Source: Candidatus Latescibacterota bacterium (GTDB taxonomy: Bacteria > Latescibacterota > UBA2968 > UBA8231). From it: a DNA stretch of 64,000 nt. The notes under the pieces were generated by a model, which saw nothing but the letters and a program-made list of their open reading frames with translations, was not told the DNA's origin and did no database searches. Each line of letters begins with the position of its first letter. Position 1 is the first letter of the stretch. This document shows positions 9,890-19,959 of the stretch, piece after piece. The DNA is taken from contig OZ253462.1 of the NCBI GenBank assembly GCA_965261395.1, positions 672,001-736,000 of the forward strand, given 5' to 3'. The translations under genes were made by a program, and so were the position numbers.

Positions 9890-11161
9890 TCAGGCCTCAG
9901 TGCGCCAAAGGCGCGGCACGGGGCTGGTGGCTTGGCGTTCGGGCAGGTGCCAGTATTCGGCCTCTGGCGGGATTTCTTGTAGGTGCGGGCAGGTCATGCC
10001 GTGGCGATCCCACACTACTTCGCCCGCGCGCAAGGTCAGGGCGCATTCGAGGCGGTGTCGGGCCTCAATGCAGGCCCAGCCGCAGTCGCGAAAATAGAAG
10101 TTGCCCTCGAGGACGCCCAGCACGGCGATGTCGGCCTCAGAGCCGGGCGTCAAGGTCCCCAACTCGGGCCGGCGGATGGCACTGGCGGGCGTGACGGTGG
10201 AGCGGTAGATCACTTCCTGTAAGGGCATGTCCATAGCCAAGCACTTAGACATGGTGTCGAGCATGGAGTGGACGTGGCCGTTGATATTGCCCATGTGCAG
10301 GTCGGTGCTAATGGAATCGGGCGGGAAGCCGTCGGCAATGGCCGGCATGGCAGCGCGGTACCAGAAGCTGGCCGCTCCGTGGCCAAGGTCGAAGTGGATG
10401 CCCTTCTTGCGCACTTCGCGCATGTAGTCGTACACCGCGCCGTCCTCATCGATGACGGGGAACTGGCGGGCAAAGACGTGGGTGTGGATATCGCCTGGGC
10501 GCAGGTGCTTGAGGAGTAGATCGGGATAGGAGCGCTCGGGCGGGCGCGGCCAAAAGTCAACCATCACCGGCATTTTACAGCGCTCGCCGGCCGCGACGGC
10601 CGCGTCAACCGAGGCCCAAGGCGGATGCTCGTCGTCAAAGGGCTTGGTGGTCCAATAGTGGGCGGTCTTGATGCCGACGCACACCTCGTCGTGGGCCGCG
10701 GCCATCTCGGCCGCCCGCTGAGGATCGAGGTTGGCGACGATTTGTTCGGGAGGGCCCATGCCTGGGGCGGCAATGTTGACATAGGCGAACATGCGGATCT
10801 TGGAGTGGTCGATCACCGTCTCGCGGAAGTGCTCGAACTCCTCGGCCCCGGCCGTGCCGGTATCGACGCAGGTGGTTACTCCCTCTTTGAGGAAGTGGGC
10901 GTCGGCATTGAGGCTGCCCACCAACCCGCCGCCGGGTTTGCCGGCGCGGGTATGGTACGTATGGACGTGGATGTCGAGCAGGCCCGGCACGACGACGAGG
11001 TTGCCCACGTCGATGACGCGATGGGCGTCCGCCGGGGAAATGTTCTCTTCGACGCGAGCGATGCGGCCGTCGAGTACGCCGACGTCGGCGACGCCGTTGA
11101 TGTCGTTGGCAGGGTCGATTACGTGGCCGCCCTTGAGCAGCATTTCGAGTTTGCGGGGCAT
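9890..11161 (-). CDS. Amidohydrolase/deacetylase family metallohydrolase (dihydroorotase-like)
   Basis: PGLLDIHVH, GVTTCVDTG, GIK, GDIHTH, DLGHG, ISTDLH. Confidence 0.85.
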   Translation of the reverse strand: MPRKLEMLLKGGHVIDPANDINGVADVGVLDGRIARVEENISPADAHRVIDVGNLVVVPGLLDIHVHTYHTRAGKPGGGLVGSLNADAHFLKEGVTTCVDTGTAGAEEFEHFRETVIDHSKIRMFAYVNIAAPGMGPPEQIVANLDPQRAAEMAAAHDEVCVGIKTAHYWTTKPFDDEHPPWASVDAAVAAGERCKMPVMVDFWPRPPERSYPDLLLKHLRPGDIHTHVFARQFPVIDEDGAVYDYMREVRKKGIHFDLGHGAASFWYRAAMPAIADGFPPDSISTDLHMGNINGHVHSMLDTMSKCLAMDMPLQEVIYRSTVTPASAIRRPELGTLTPGSEADIAVLGVLEGNFYFRDCGWACIEARHRLECALTLRAGEVVWDRHGMTCPHLQEIPPEAEYWHLPERQATSPVPRLWRTEA

Positions 11162-11234
11162 GGCTTTTTCGTTCCGGATATTATAGGGAAAATCACAAAA
11201 TAGGCCGGGCCGAAGGGAGGGTCAAATGAGGTTG

Positions 11235-11264
11235 TTGACAATGGTTAGATGCTTGGAGTACAAT
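11235..11264 (+). promoter_or_regulatory. Sigma70-type promoter of the nfeD-floA operon
   Basis: TTGACA (11235-11240), 18-bp spacer, TACAAT (11259-11264), shortly upstream of ATG 11291. Confidence 0.6.
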
Positions 11265-11290
11265 CTATAGCCTCATATATTCAATAATAA

Positions 11291-12610
11291 ATGCGATACC
11301 TTATATACACACTCCTAATTTTGTCGGCCGGCAGCGCCCAAGCGCAGACCGTCTATCGCGTCCATCTCAAGCTAGAGGGCATGATTGACCCGGGCGTAGC
11401 GGCCTTTGTCGAGCGCGTGATCGCCGAGGCCGACGAGGCCGAAGCCGACGCCATCGTCTTTGAGATCGACACCTTTGGCGGGCGCGTCGATGCGGCCACC
11501 GTGATCCGCGACGCCATCCTCGACGCCGAAACCCTGACCATCGCCTTCATCAATAAGCGGGCGATTTCGGCCGGGGCACTCATCTCGCTGGCCTGCGACA
11601 AGATCGTCATGACCCAAGCATCGACCATGGGCGCGACCACTCCGGTCGATGCCACGGGCACCAAGGCCAGCGACAAAGTGACCTCCTATATGCGCGCTGA
11701 GATGCGCGCTACGGCCGAGCGCACTGGCCGCAACGTCAAGATCGCCGAGGCCATGGTGGATGAGCGCGTCGATGTGCCGGGCCTGAGCGTCGAAGCGGGC
11801 CGACCGGCGACCCTGACCACCGAGCAGGCGCTCAACTACCAGATGGCTGACGAGACGGCCGAGACCCTGATCGAGCTGTTGCGCATCTACGATCTAGGCG
11901 AAGCCGAAATCGTCGAAGTCGAGCTCAACTGGACCGAACACGTCTTGCGCATGTTGACCCACCCGGTCGTCACTTCGATTTTGCTAGCCGTAGCCATGTT
12001 CGGCTTGATCGCCGAGGTGCGCACCCCCGGTTGGGGCTTGGGCGGCACGCTGGCGCTGGTGGCGCTGGGGCTTTTCTTCGGCAGCCACTTGATCGTGCAT
12101 CTGGCCGAGTGGCAGGAGCTGGCGCTCTTTGCGGTGGGCGCGGCGCTTTTGGTCGTCGAGCTAGTGGCCATTCCGGGCTTTGGCCTTGTGGGCTTGTTGG
12201 GTATCGCGGCGATGATTGCCAGCGTGGTGATTACCCAGTTGGGCGATTTCCAATTGTGGAGTTTCGGCGAAATCGTCTCGGTGATCGGGCGTCTCGCAGG
12301 CTCGATGATCGGCGCGTTTGTAATCTCGCTCATCGTCTTGCGCTCTCTGCCCAAGTTCGCCGCCTTCAACCGCCTAGTGCTCCACAACGAAATCAAGGCC
12401 GCCGATGGCTACACTTCCTCCTCGCGCAAGACCGACGAGGAGTTGTTGGGCCAGGAGGGGGTCACGGTCAGCTACCTGCGGCCCTCGGGTATAGCCCTGT
12501 TGGGGGGCCAGCGGCTCACCGTGATCGCCGAGGCCGAATTCATCGAGGCACAGCGGCCCATTAAAGTCGTCGAAGCTTGCGGCAGTCGAGTGGTGGTGAA
12601 GCCACTATGA
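11291..12610 (+). CDS. nfeD: Long NfeD (YqeZ-like) membrane serine protease-domain protein
   Basis: Signal peptide; IDTFGGRVD, AISAGALISLACD, MRATAE; TM bundle; C-terminal OB fold (LRPSG). Confidence 0.9.
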   Translation: MRYLIYTLLILSAGSAQAQTVYRVHLKLEGMIDPGVAAFVERVIAEADEAEADAIVFEIDTFGGRVDAATVIRDAILDAETLTIAFINKRAISAGALISLACDKIVMTQASTMGATTPVDATGTKASDKVTSYMRAEMRATAERTGRNVKIAEAMVDERVDVPGLSVEAGRPATLTTEQALNYQMADETAETLIELLRIYDLGEAEIVEVELNWTEHVLRMLTHPVVTSILLAVAMFGLIAEVRTPGWGLGGTLALVALGLFFGSHLIVHLAEWQELALFAVGAALLVVELVAIPGFGLVGLLGIAAMIASVVITQLGDFQLWSFGEIVSVIGRLAGSMIGAFVISLIVLRSLPKFAAFNRLVLHNEIKAADGYTSSSRKTDEELLGQEGVTVSYLRPSGIALLGGQRLTVIAEAEFIEAQRPIKVVEACGSRVVVKPL

Positions 12611-13116
12611 GCTTTCTCGGGGGGGAGGTGTTGGAATGGGTTTATTCGCTGGCCTTGCTATTGCTCGGCTTCGCGCTGGTGCTGTTGGAAATTTTCGTCA
12701 TCCCAGGGATCAATATCTTCGGCGTCGTTGGTTTGCTGACCGCGATCGCTGGCATTGGCTATGCCTATATGAATATGGGCGGCTTGGCGGCTGGCGTCGT
12801 GGCGGGCCTGGGGCTGACGGGGATCGCCGTCTTGGTGAGACTGATGCTCAAGGTCCGCGCTTGGAACCGCTTGGTGCTCAACGAGGGCATGACGCGCAAA
12901 GCCGGCTACGATTCGGTCAAGCCCGGCCGCGAGGATTTGCTCGGGCAGACGGGCGAGGTGCTGACGACGCTGCGGCCGGCGGGGCGGGCGCAGTTCGGCG
13001 AGCGGGTATTCGACGTAGTCAGCGAGGGTGGCTATATTGAGCGTGGTGAGCAGGTCGAGGTATTAAAAGTGGCTGGCAACAGAGTAGTGGTGCAGTTAGT
13101 CCCTGCCAAACGTTAG
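12607..13116 (+). CDS. Short NfeD family protein
   Basis: ATGA overlap with the upstream gene; EIFVIPG TM region; LRPAG...DVVSEG OB fold. Confidence 0.85.
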   Translation: MSFLGGEVLEWVYSLALLLLGFALVLLEIFVIPGINIFGVVGLLTAIAGIGYAYMNMGGLAAGVVAGLGLTGIAVLVRLMLKVRAWNRLVLNEGMTRKAGYDSVKPGREDLLGQTGEVLTTLRPAGRAQFGERVFDVVSEGGYIERGEQVEVLKVAGNRVVVQLVPAKR

Positions 13117-13140
13117 TTCACTCCCTTCAAGGAGCCTATA

Positions 13141-14118
13141 ATGGAAGTCCTGTTTTTGGTCTTGGTGCTTTTCGGCATCATCATCTTTTTGTCGCTCTTT
13201 ACGTATTTCGTCCCGATTGGCCTGTGGATCACGGCTTATTTCGCCGGGGTCAAGGTGGCGATCTTCAAGGACTTGGTGGGTATGCGGCTGCGCAAGGTAC
13301 CGCCCCGCCAGATCGTCGTCCCCAAGATCAGCGCGACCAAAGCCGGTCTCGACGTGAGCTTGGATCGCATGGAAGCCCACTTTCTGGCCGGCGGCAATGT
13401 CAACCTAGTGATTCTAGCGCTGATCTCGGCCGACAAGGCCAATATCGATCTGAGCTTCGAGCGGGCTACGGCGATCGACTTGGCCGGTCGCGACGTACTC
13501 GAAGCGGTCAAGCTGAGCGTCAATCCCAAAGTGATCAACACCCCATTGGTCGCGGCGGTCGCCAAAGACGGCATCCAGGTCAAGGCCCTGTGCCGGGTGA
13601 CGGTGCGCGCCAATATCGACCGGCTAGTTGGCGGTGCCGGCGAGGAGACGATCATCGCGCGCGTCGGCGAGGGCATCGTTACCACCATCGGCTCGTCGGA
13701 GACGCACAAAGCGGTGCTGGAGAATCCCGATCGTATTTCGAGGACGGTGCTGGATAAGGGACTGGATTCGGGTACGGCTTTCGAAATCCTCTCGATCGAC
13801 ATCGCCGATGTCGATGTGGGCGAGAATATCGGTGCCAAGCTGCAGACCGACCAAGCCGATGCCGATCTCAAAATCGCCCAGGCCAAGGCCGAAGAGCGCC
13901 GGGCGATGGCCCAGGCGCGCGAGCAGGAGATGACGGCCCAAGTCGTGGAAATGGAGTCGCGAGTCAAGGAAGCCGAGGCCGAAGTGCCGCGCGCAATGGC
14001 CGAAGCCTTCCGCGAGGGCAATATGGGCATTATGGACTACTACCGCATGCGCAACATCCAGGCCGACACGGAGATGCGCGACTCGATTGCCGAAAGCGAC
14101 GAGGACCGCGACAACTAG
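13141..14118 (+). CDS. floA: Flotillin-like protein FloA (YqfA)
   Basis: [63 protein letters not shown]. Confidence 0.95.
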   Translation: MEVLFLVLVLFGIIIFLSLFTYFVPIGLWITAYFAGVKVAIFKDLVGMRLRKVPPRQIVVPKISATKAGLDVSLDRMEAHFLAGGNVNLVILALISADKANIDLSFERATAIDLAGRDVLEAVKLSVNPKVINTPLVAAVAKDGIQVKALCRVTVRANIDRLVGGAGEETIIARVGEGIVTTIGSSETHKAVLENPDRISRTVLDKGLDSGTAFEILSIDIADVDVGENIGAKLQTDQADADLKIAQAKAEERRAMAQAREQEMTAQVVEMESRVKEAEAEVPRAMAEAFREGNMGIMDYYRMRNIQADTEMRDSIAESDEDRDN

Positions 14119-14121
14119 TCC

Positions 14122-14613
14122 ATGGAACTCCTACTCTTTACCCTCGCCATACTGTTCAGCATATTTTCGGTGCTGATGGAGCGTCGCAAGCGCCGCAAAC
14201 GGCGTGAAGAAGCACAACAGCACGCCCAGATCGAACAACAGCACGCCGGGGTCAATCCGGCCGCGCCTGTTGTCGTCGAGGAGGAGAAAGAGGAAGAGCC
14301 GTCCTTGGGGTGGCCTTTTGACGGCGATCCTTTTGACGAGCCGGTTCCCGCCGAAGCCGAGCCGGTCGCAACTGAGCGGGAGGCCATAGAAGCCGAGCGG
14401 CAGGCTGTAGAAGCCGAGCGGCGCGCCGTGGCAGCCGAGAGGCTGGCCATGGAGCGGCTGACGGAGACCAAGCCCCATGATTCGGGCGAGAAGCGGCGGC
14501 CTCGTCGTAGTCGTACCCGGAGCCGTTGGTTCCTCAACCCGCAGACGGCGCGCGACGCGATCGTCTATATGGAAATCCTCGGCAAGCCGAAGAGCGAACG
14601 AGAGGAGAGGTAA
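14122..14613 (+). CDS. YqfB-like membrane-anchored protein
   Basis: N-terminal TM; C-terminal RDAIVYMEILGKPKS; located after floA. Confidence 0.7.
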   Translation: MELLLFTLAILFSIFSVLMERRKRRKRREEAQQHAQIEQQHAGVNPAAPVVVEEEKEEEPSLGWPFDGDPFDEPVPAEAEPVATEREAIEAERQAVEAERRAVAAERLAMERLTETKPHDSGEKRRPRRSRTRSRWFLNPQTARDAIVYMEILGKPKSEREER

Positions 14614-14621
14614 ATGGTCTA

Positions 14622-14708
14622 GCCGGAGTGGCGGAATTGGTAGACGCGCTGGATTCAAAATCCTGTATCCGCAAGGGTGTGTGGGTTCGAGTCCCACCTC
14701 CGGCACCA
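14622..14708 (+). tRNA. tRNA-Leu (CAA)
   Basis: GCCGGAG/CTCCGGC acceptor stem, D-loop GG, TT-CAA-AA anticodon loop, long variable arm, TTCGAGT T-loop, encoded CCA. Confidence 0.95.
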
Positions 14709-14728
14709 TTTTTTATTTTTCACTGCAA

Positions 14729-14760
14729 GCTAGCGGTGCGGAGCCACTCGCATCGCTAGC
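14729..14760. repeat. Inverted repeat/hairpin downstream of the tRNA
   Basis: GCTAGCGGTGCG...CGCATCGCTAGC pairs, with one G-U pair. Confidence 0.5.
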
Positions 14761-14883
14761 ACCATCAGTTTCTTTGTACCTCCTATGGCCCGCGTAATCT
14801 TGCCTCCCTTTTCTTCTTCCCCGTCCGTCGAAAGTTCAATTAACTTTCTCTCCATCTCTCGCCCCGAAAGGAGATAAACCGCC

Positions 14884-15042
14884 GTGACATCTCCCGAAAT
14901 AAGGCGCCTCCTCGACATCGCCTCGGTACTCGTCCTACTTATCGTAGTTCCCGCTTACATCCTCTGCCGCCTAGGGCTCATTCTGCTGATTGCAGTTCCA
15001 GCGGTTTACATCTTCTGCCGCCTACGGTCGCACGCCGACTGA
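14884..15042 (+). CDS. Small hydrophobic membrane protein (52 aa) with an internal repeat
   Basis: Below the ORF-track cutoff. GAAAGGAG RBS, GTG start; MTSPEIRRLLDIASVLVLLIVVPAYILCRLGLILLIAVPAVYIFCRLRSHAD. Confidence 0.5.
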   Translation: MTSPEIRRLLDIASVLVLLIVVPAYILCRLGLILLIAVPAVYIFCRLRSHAD

Positions 15043-15054
15043 CGAGACGAGACC

Positions 15055-16845
15055 ATGAAAACGCTAAAGGGCCAAACGCGCACGGCACCGCCGCTGTGGG
15101 CGGTCTTGGAACGGCGACTAATCGACGCTATCGACGAGGCAGCACCGATTTTTCTCGACAAGTACACCCGCCCCGGCGGCAGCCTGATATGGATGGAAGA
15201 ATACCCCGGAGACGGGGTCTGGGCCGACGACCTGTACGAGGCATTCTTCAACTGGCCTCACTACTATGCCCTAGGCGGCAGCGAGTACATGGGTGTCAAA
15301 GCTATAGAGGAATGGAACGCCATTACTCGGCAGCTAGAGCACGACTACGGCCGCGTCACCCGAGAGTTTATCAACGACGACGACTGGTTCCACAACGCCG
15401 AAAACTACATCTACTTCTATCACTTGGGGATGGCCGACCCGACCAACGCCGAGACGCGCCGCCGGGCGCAGCGCTTTGCCGGATTGTACTTGAACGACGA
15501 CCCGGCCGTGCCCAACTACGACCCCGAACACCGCATCGTGCGCTCGCCCTGTAGCGGCAGCAAGGGGCCGCTCTTCCAAATGCGGCGCGGCGAAATCCAC
15601 TACGACCTCACCCACGATCACGCCACGTTGGGGCCGGGCTTTGATTCGCCCGCTAACTGGTGGGAAGACCCCGAGACCAAACGCCGCGTTGAGGAACAAT
15701 TTGACCAAGTGGTCATGCAGGGCGACGTGACCGTCAACTTAGGCGTCGCAGCACTGGTGGCAACGGCATTTCTCCACACCGGCGAGGCGCGGTATCGGGA
15801 GTGGATAGAGGAATACGTGGGGGCTTGGATAGAGCGCACCGAAACCAACGGCGGCATCGTCCCGGACAACATCGGTCCCAACGGCATCGTCGGTGAGATG
15901 CGCCAAGGGCAGTGGTGGGGCGGGCTGTACGGCTGGACCGGGCGCTATGGACACGGCATGATGGCCCACTCGATCACCGCGGCGGTGGAAGCCGCGCTGT
16001 TGGTCACGGGCGAGACCCGCTACTTGGACCTGCTCCGCATGCACATGGATGCGCTAGTCGAGCACGGCCGTGAGCAAGGGGGACGGCTGCTCGTACCCTA
16101 TAAGCACACGGATCAGGGTTGGACCGACTTCAATCCCATCAATCCCAATGCGCCGATCCACTTGTGGGCCGCGTCCATGGAAGAGCGGGACTGGCAGCGG
16201 CTGGAGACCTTGCGCCAAGGTGCCAAAGACGAGTGGGGGCAGGTGGGACAGCGCGGGCCACGCTCGCTCGACGACCGCGCCTGGACCCGCTTTCTCGCCG
16301 GCGAGTCCCCGGATTACCCCGAGCGCATCTTGCAGGCCAACTACCGAGAGGTCTGCGACCGCATTGCCAAGGTTATAGACGACGAACAAGATCTAACCCA
16401 ACTCGACGTACACTGGTGGCAGCAGGTCAACCCGGTGGTCACCGAAGCCTTGGTGCAGCTAACGACCGGCGCGCCGCAGACCATCTACTGGGGAGGGTTG
16501 GCGCAAGGGCGGGTGCGCTATTTCGACGGCGAGCAGCAACGATCGGGTTTGCCCCCGGACGTAGCAGCCTTGGTGACCGGCCTCAGCAGCGAGGGTGCAG
16601 AGCTGACGTTAGTCAACTTGAGCACGAGTCGCACCCGGCAGGTGGTCGTCGGTGCTGGCAGCTTTGGCGAGCACTGCTTTGGCCGAGTGCGAGCCGGCGA
16701 CGAGGCCCTCGACGTGGATAGCACCTATTTCCAAGTCGAATTGGCACCGGCCAGTCAAATCGAGTTGTCGCTCGCCATGCGGCGTTACAGCCAGCAGCCC
16801 AGCTTTCGCCTGCCTTGGCACGGCGAGCGGGTTCCATATCGCTAA
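15055..16845 (+). CDS. Hypothetical protein (aromatic-rich, possibly alpha/alpha-barrel enzyme)
   Basis: 596-aa ORF with host-like codon usage; DDLYEAFFNWP, DWFHNAE, GQWWGGLYGW. No function recognised. Confidence 0.75.
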   Translation: MKTLKGQTRTAPPLWAVLERRLIDAIDEAAPIFLDKYTRPGGSLIWMEEYPGDGVWADDLYEAFFNWPHYYALGGSEYMGVKAIEEWNAITRQLEHDYGRVTREFINDDDWFHNAENYIYFYHLGMADPTNAETRRRAQRFAGLYLNDDPAVPNYDPEHRIVRSPCSGSKGPLFQMRRGEIHYDLTHDHATLGPGFDSPANWWEDPETKRRVEEQFDQVVMQGDVTVNLGVAALVATAFLHTGEARYREWIEEYVGAWIERTETNGGIVPDNIGPNGIVGEMRQGQWWGGLYGWTGRYGHGMMAHSITAAVEAALLVTGETRYLDLLRMHMDALVEHGREQGGRLLVPYKHTDQGWTDFNPINPNAPIHLWAASMEERDWQRLETLRQGAKDEWGQVGQRGPRSLDDRAWTRFLAGESPDYPERILQANYREVCDRIAKVIDDEQDLTQLDVHWWQQVNPVVTEALVQLTTGAPQTIYWGGLAQGRVRYFDGEQQRSGLPPDVAALVTGLSSEGAELTLVNLSTSRTRQVVVGAGSFGEHCFGRVRAGDEALDVDSTYFQVELAPASQIELSLAMRRYSQQPSFRLPWHGERVPYR

Positions 16846-16865
16846 CAAAATCAGGAGATAAGGCG

Positions 16866-17612
16866 ATGGACCAAGCCAACCGCGATTTCTTTGCTGCAAA
16901 CGGTTATCTCAATCTAGGGCAGGTGCTCGACAACGACGACGTGCAATACTTCCGCGACATGTTCGATGGGGATATGGAAAAGTATCCCTACTTCTGGCAC
17001 CGCTACGGCCACCACCAGCACGCCAACTACGAGGCACTGATCACCTCGCCGCAGTTCGACGAACTCATCCGGCACCCGAAGATATACCCGACGATTGAAG
17101 CGCTGATGGGCGGGCCGCTCTGCTTTGGCGAGATCGGGCTGCGGCTGATGCGGGCCTACGACGGCCCGTTGCACCAGGGTTGGCACCGCGACAAGCAGCA
17201 TTGGGAAGAGCATCCGCTCCGCATGGACTACATCCAGCTCATGGTCTATTTGGCCGACGTGGACGAGGGAACGCACTGTTTTTCGCTGTCCCCGGAATCG
17301 GCAAGCCAGTCGGTACTCGAAGATAAGGAGGCACAGCTCAAGCGGGGCGGCGAGTATCACTTGCATGGGCCGGCCGGGACCTGTGCATTGTTTAACGTGG
17401 CGGTGCTGCACACGGCGACGACGCGGCCCACGCAGGCCGAGCGGCGCACCGTGCAGATTTACTACGGACATCGCAGCCGGGCACCGCTGGCGAACGATTC
17501 GAGTATTCCAGCGGCGTTTTGGCGGGATAGCGAAGATGCGGAGACGCGGGCTTTTTACGGAGTTTTAAACGAGCGCACCAAGGTGTATTTGGCGGCGTTC
17601 CCCGGAGCTTGA
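16866..17612 (+). CDS. Phytanoyl-CoA dioxygenase (PhyH) family protein
   Basis: FFAANGYL, WHRD, distal LHTA, R motif; AGGAG RBS. Confidence 0.85.
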   Translation: MDQANRDFFAANGYLNLGQVLDNDDVQYFRDMFDGDMEKYPYFWHRYGHHQHANYEALITSPQFDELIRHPKIYPTIEALMGGPLCFGEIGLRLMRAYDGPLHQGWHRDKQHWEEHPLRMDYIQLMVYLADVDEGTHCFSLSPESASQSVLEDKEAQLKRGGEYHLHGPAGTCALFNVAVLHTATTRPTQAERRTVQIYYGHRSRAPLANDSSIPAAFWRDSEDAETRAFYGVLNERTKVYLAAFPGA

Positions 17613-17656
17613 CCCATCCCTTCCTTTAGGTTGGGAGATATTGAGATCAGATTATT

Positions 17657-18846
17657 TTGTCCACATCCCTGTTGAACATCGCACCCACTGATCTGGTGGA
17701 TATTGCAGTCGTCGGTTTGCTGCTTTGGGGTCTAGTGGCTTGGACCCGCCAGATGCGGATGGCGCTGCTCGGCTTGGCTTTTTTGAGCGTCTTCTACCAC
17801 CTAATAGTGCAGCAATTCAGGTTGCAGCTAACCGATTGGATCTTCCAAGGCTTTTTCGGGGCGGTGGTGGTGGTGCTGGTGGTGGTGTTCCAGGATGATT
17901 TGCGCCGGCTCTTTGAGCAGATCGCCACGCTCGGTCTGCGCCGCAAGGCTCCGCGCCCGGACCCCTCCAGCTTGGGAACGCTGACCAGGGGGTTGCATGA
18001 GTTGGCCAAGAAAAAGCGCGGGGCCTTGGTGGTCCTGCCGGGGCGCGAGCCAATAGAGCGGCATTTTTTGCAGGTGGGGACCCCTTTGGACGCGGAGATC
18101 AGCGAAGAACTCCTCGACAGCCTTTTCGATCCCGGTTCGGCAGGGCACGACGGTGCGCTGGTGATGCATAATAATAGGATCGCGTGCTTTGGGGTGCCTT
18201 TGCCGCTTTCCGAGAACAGGGACGAGATGAAGGGGGGCGGTACGCGGCACGCGGCTGCGTTGGGCCTAGCCGAACGCAGCCGCGTGCCGCGTGTCTGGTA
18301 GTCTCAGAGGAGCGCGGCACCATCGGGATTGCAGCGCGGGGGCAACTCGAGATCCTCGGCGATCCTACCGAACCTACTAAACCGGGCGATTTGAGGGATA
18401 AGATCCAAGACCACTTACAGCGTACGGGGACCGAGGTGAAGACGCGCCGGATCGAGTGGGGTTGGTTGGGGCGACGGCTGGTGGAAGGTCTTTTGTCCTT
18501 GGCCTTGGCCTTGGGCGCATGGCTGGTCTTCGTGCCGGGCGCGACGCTCGAGGAAACGGTGCTTCAGGTGCCCGTAGCCGTGGAGAACATGCCCGAAGGA
18601 TATGTGCTAGAGGACTTTAAACCTCGAGAGGTGGAGATCGCGGTGGCCGGACCGCGACGGGCCATGTTTTTGGCGAGCAATGCAGATTTCCAGATTGTCA
18701 TTGACGCCGATCTCGTCAGGTTGGATCGGAGGACCTTTGAGGTATCCGCTCAGTCCGTGCGCCATGCAACCGGGTTGAAGATCACCAGTATCAAGCCAGA
18801 CAAGGTGAAACTAACCGTGCATAAAGCGCGAGGAGGTGCGCGATGA
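17657..18846 (+). pseudogene. cdaA: Diadenylate cyclase CdaA fused to a YbbR/CdaR domain, frameshifted near 18280-18292
   Basis: The first frame has TM helices, HDGA and GTRHAAALGLAERS. The conserved continuation CLVVSEERGTI, a TM and a YbbR-like domain are in another frame. Confidence 0.8.
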
Positions 18847-18874
18847 AAATCGCCTTGCACGACAGCGGCACGTC

Positions 18875-19609
18875 ATGGTATTAAGCGAGCAACAGATCGC
18901 GTTTTTTAAGCAGCAGGGTTATCTGATTCTGGAAAACTTCATCGCGCCGGAGCAGATAGCCGCTTGGCGCGGGCAGTTCTGGCAGCACGCGGGCGGCACT
19001 CCAGAAGACCCGGCGAGTTGGCCCGATAGCTATGTGATCGACGGGTTTGCGGTCGAACCGGCCTTTGGGCAGCTTCCGCAGATGCAGGCGGCGGTCGAGG
19101 CTATGGGTGGGGGGCAGTTTAGCGGCGGCGGCGGGTCCATGCTGGTGCAGTGGCCGCGCTTGGAAGAAGCGTGGGACTGGCCGGCCCAAGGGCATATCGA
19201 CGGCTACGGGCCGGGTGGCTGGAGTGGCGGTTTTATGCTGGGGGCGACTGCCTATCTCGACGATGTGGAAGCAGGTGGCGGGGCCTTTATTTACTGGCCT
19301 CAAAGCCATCTGCCGACCCATGCGTACTTCCGCAAACATCCCGACCACATCGACGGCAGTTTCCGCGACCGCGAGAATTGGGAGCCGCGTCAATGGGGGT
19401 TGTTTTCAGACCGCTCGCCCCACGGGCCGGAGCAATTTGTGGCGCGGGCCGGGGACGTGATTTTCTGGCACTGCTTTCTGTGCCACACCGGCTCGGCCAA
19501 CATCCGCTCCAAGCCGCGACTGGGGCTTTTCGCCCGCTGGCACTACGCCGAGCGCGAGACTATGCGCTACGAGGTGCCGGAGGACCTGTGGAAGTACTGG
19601 GCGATCTAG
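18875..19609 (+). CDS. PhyH family protein
   Basis: LSEQQIAFFKQQGYL, GHIDG, AGDVIFWH...CHTG, R motif. Confidence 0.85.
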   Translation: MVLSEQQIAFFKQQGYLILENFIAPEQIAAWRGQFWQHAGGTPEDPASWPDSYVIDGFAVEPAFGQLPQMQAAVEAMGGGQFSGGGGSMLVQWPRLEEAWDWPAQGHIDGYGPGGWSGGFMLGATAYLDDVEAGGGAFIYWPQSHLPTHAYFRKHPDHIDGSFRDRENWEPRQWGLFSDRSPHGPEQFVARAGDVIFWHCFLCHTGSANIRSKPRLGLFARWHYAERETMRYEVPEDLWKYWAI

Positions 19610-19713
19610 AACGCCTTCCTCGGCCACCCGTAAATTTGCCCGTTTCGACAAAATCGTCTAATTTTTGTAACACTTTGTCCGCCACTATTCACCTTTCATC
19701 CTCGGGAGCCACC

Positions 19714-19959
19714 ATGGCTAAGTCGATGTTTTCTCGGGAAGTCGCCCTCAAGCTGGAAGGCGAAATCAATGCCTTTCAAGCCTGTCGCAGCCTGTCCCAT
19801 CGCGCACGAGACATTAACACAGAGCGCAAAGTGAGAGAAGCCGAAGGCGAAATTCCCGAAGAAGATCAGCCCAATTCGTCGGCCAGTGCCATGCTGGATT
19901 TTGCCGAGGGCCGCATCACCATCTTGCCAGAAGAGAGCGCGGACTCAGACGAGGTCTGA
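19714..19959 (+). CDS. rpoZ: Probable RNA polymerase omega subunit
   Basis: 81 aa with GGAG RBS. NAFQACRSLSHRARDIN and SAMLDFAEGRI resemble the omega N.F/Y....RAR.I and A..E...G.I motifs. Confidence 0.55.
   Translation: MAKSMFSREVALKLEGEINAFQACRSLSHRARDINTERKVREAEGEIPEEDQPNSSASAMLDFAEGRITILPEESADSDEV

Noticed and set aside
11291-14613. nfeD-nfeD-floA-yqfB as a novel system
   Set aside because: It matches the known NfeD/flotillin operon type.
14622-14900. tRNA-Leu as an integration site of a genomic island
   Set aside because: No integrase and no duplicated tRNA 3' end seen; downstream genes are host-like.
19150-19713. Long N-terminal extension of the omega-like ORF
   Set aside because: It overlaps the PhyH gene in another frame; the RBS and ATG at 19714 are the better start.
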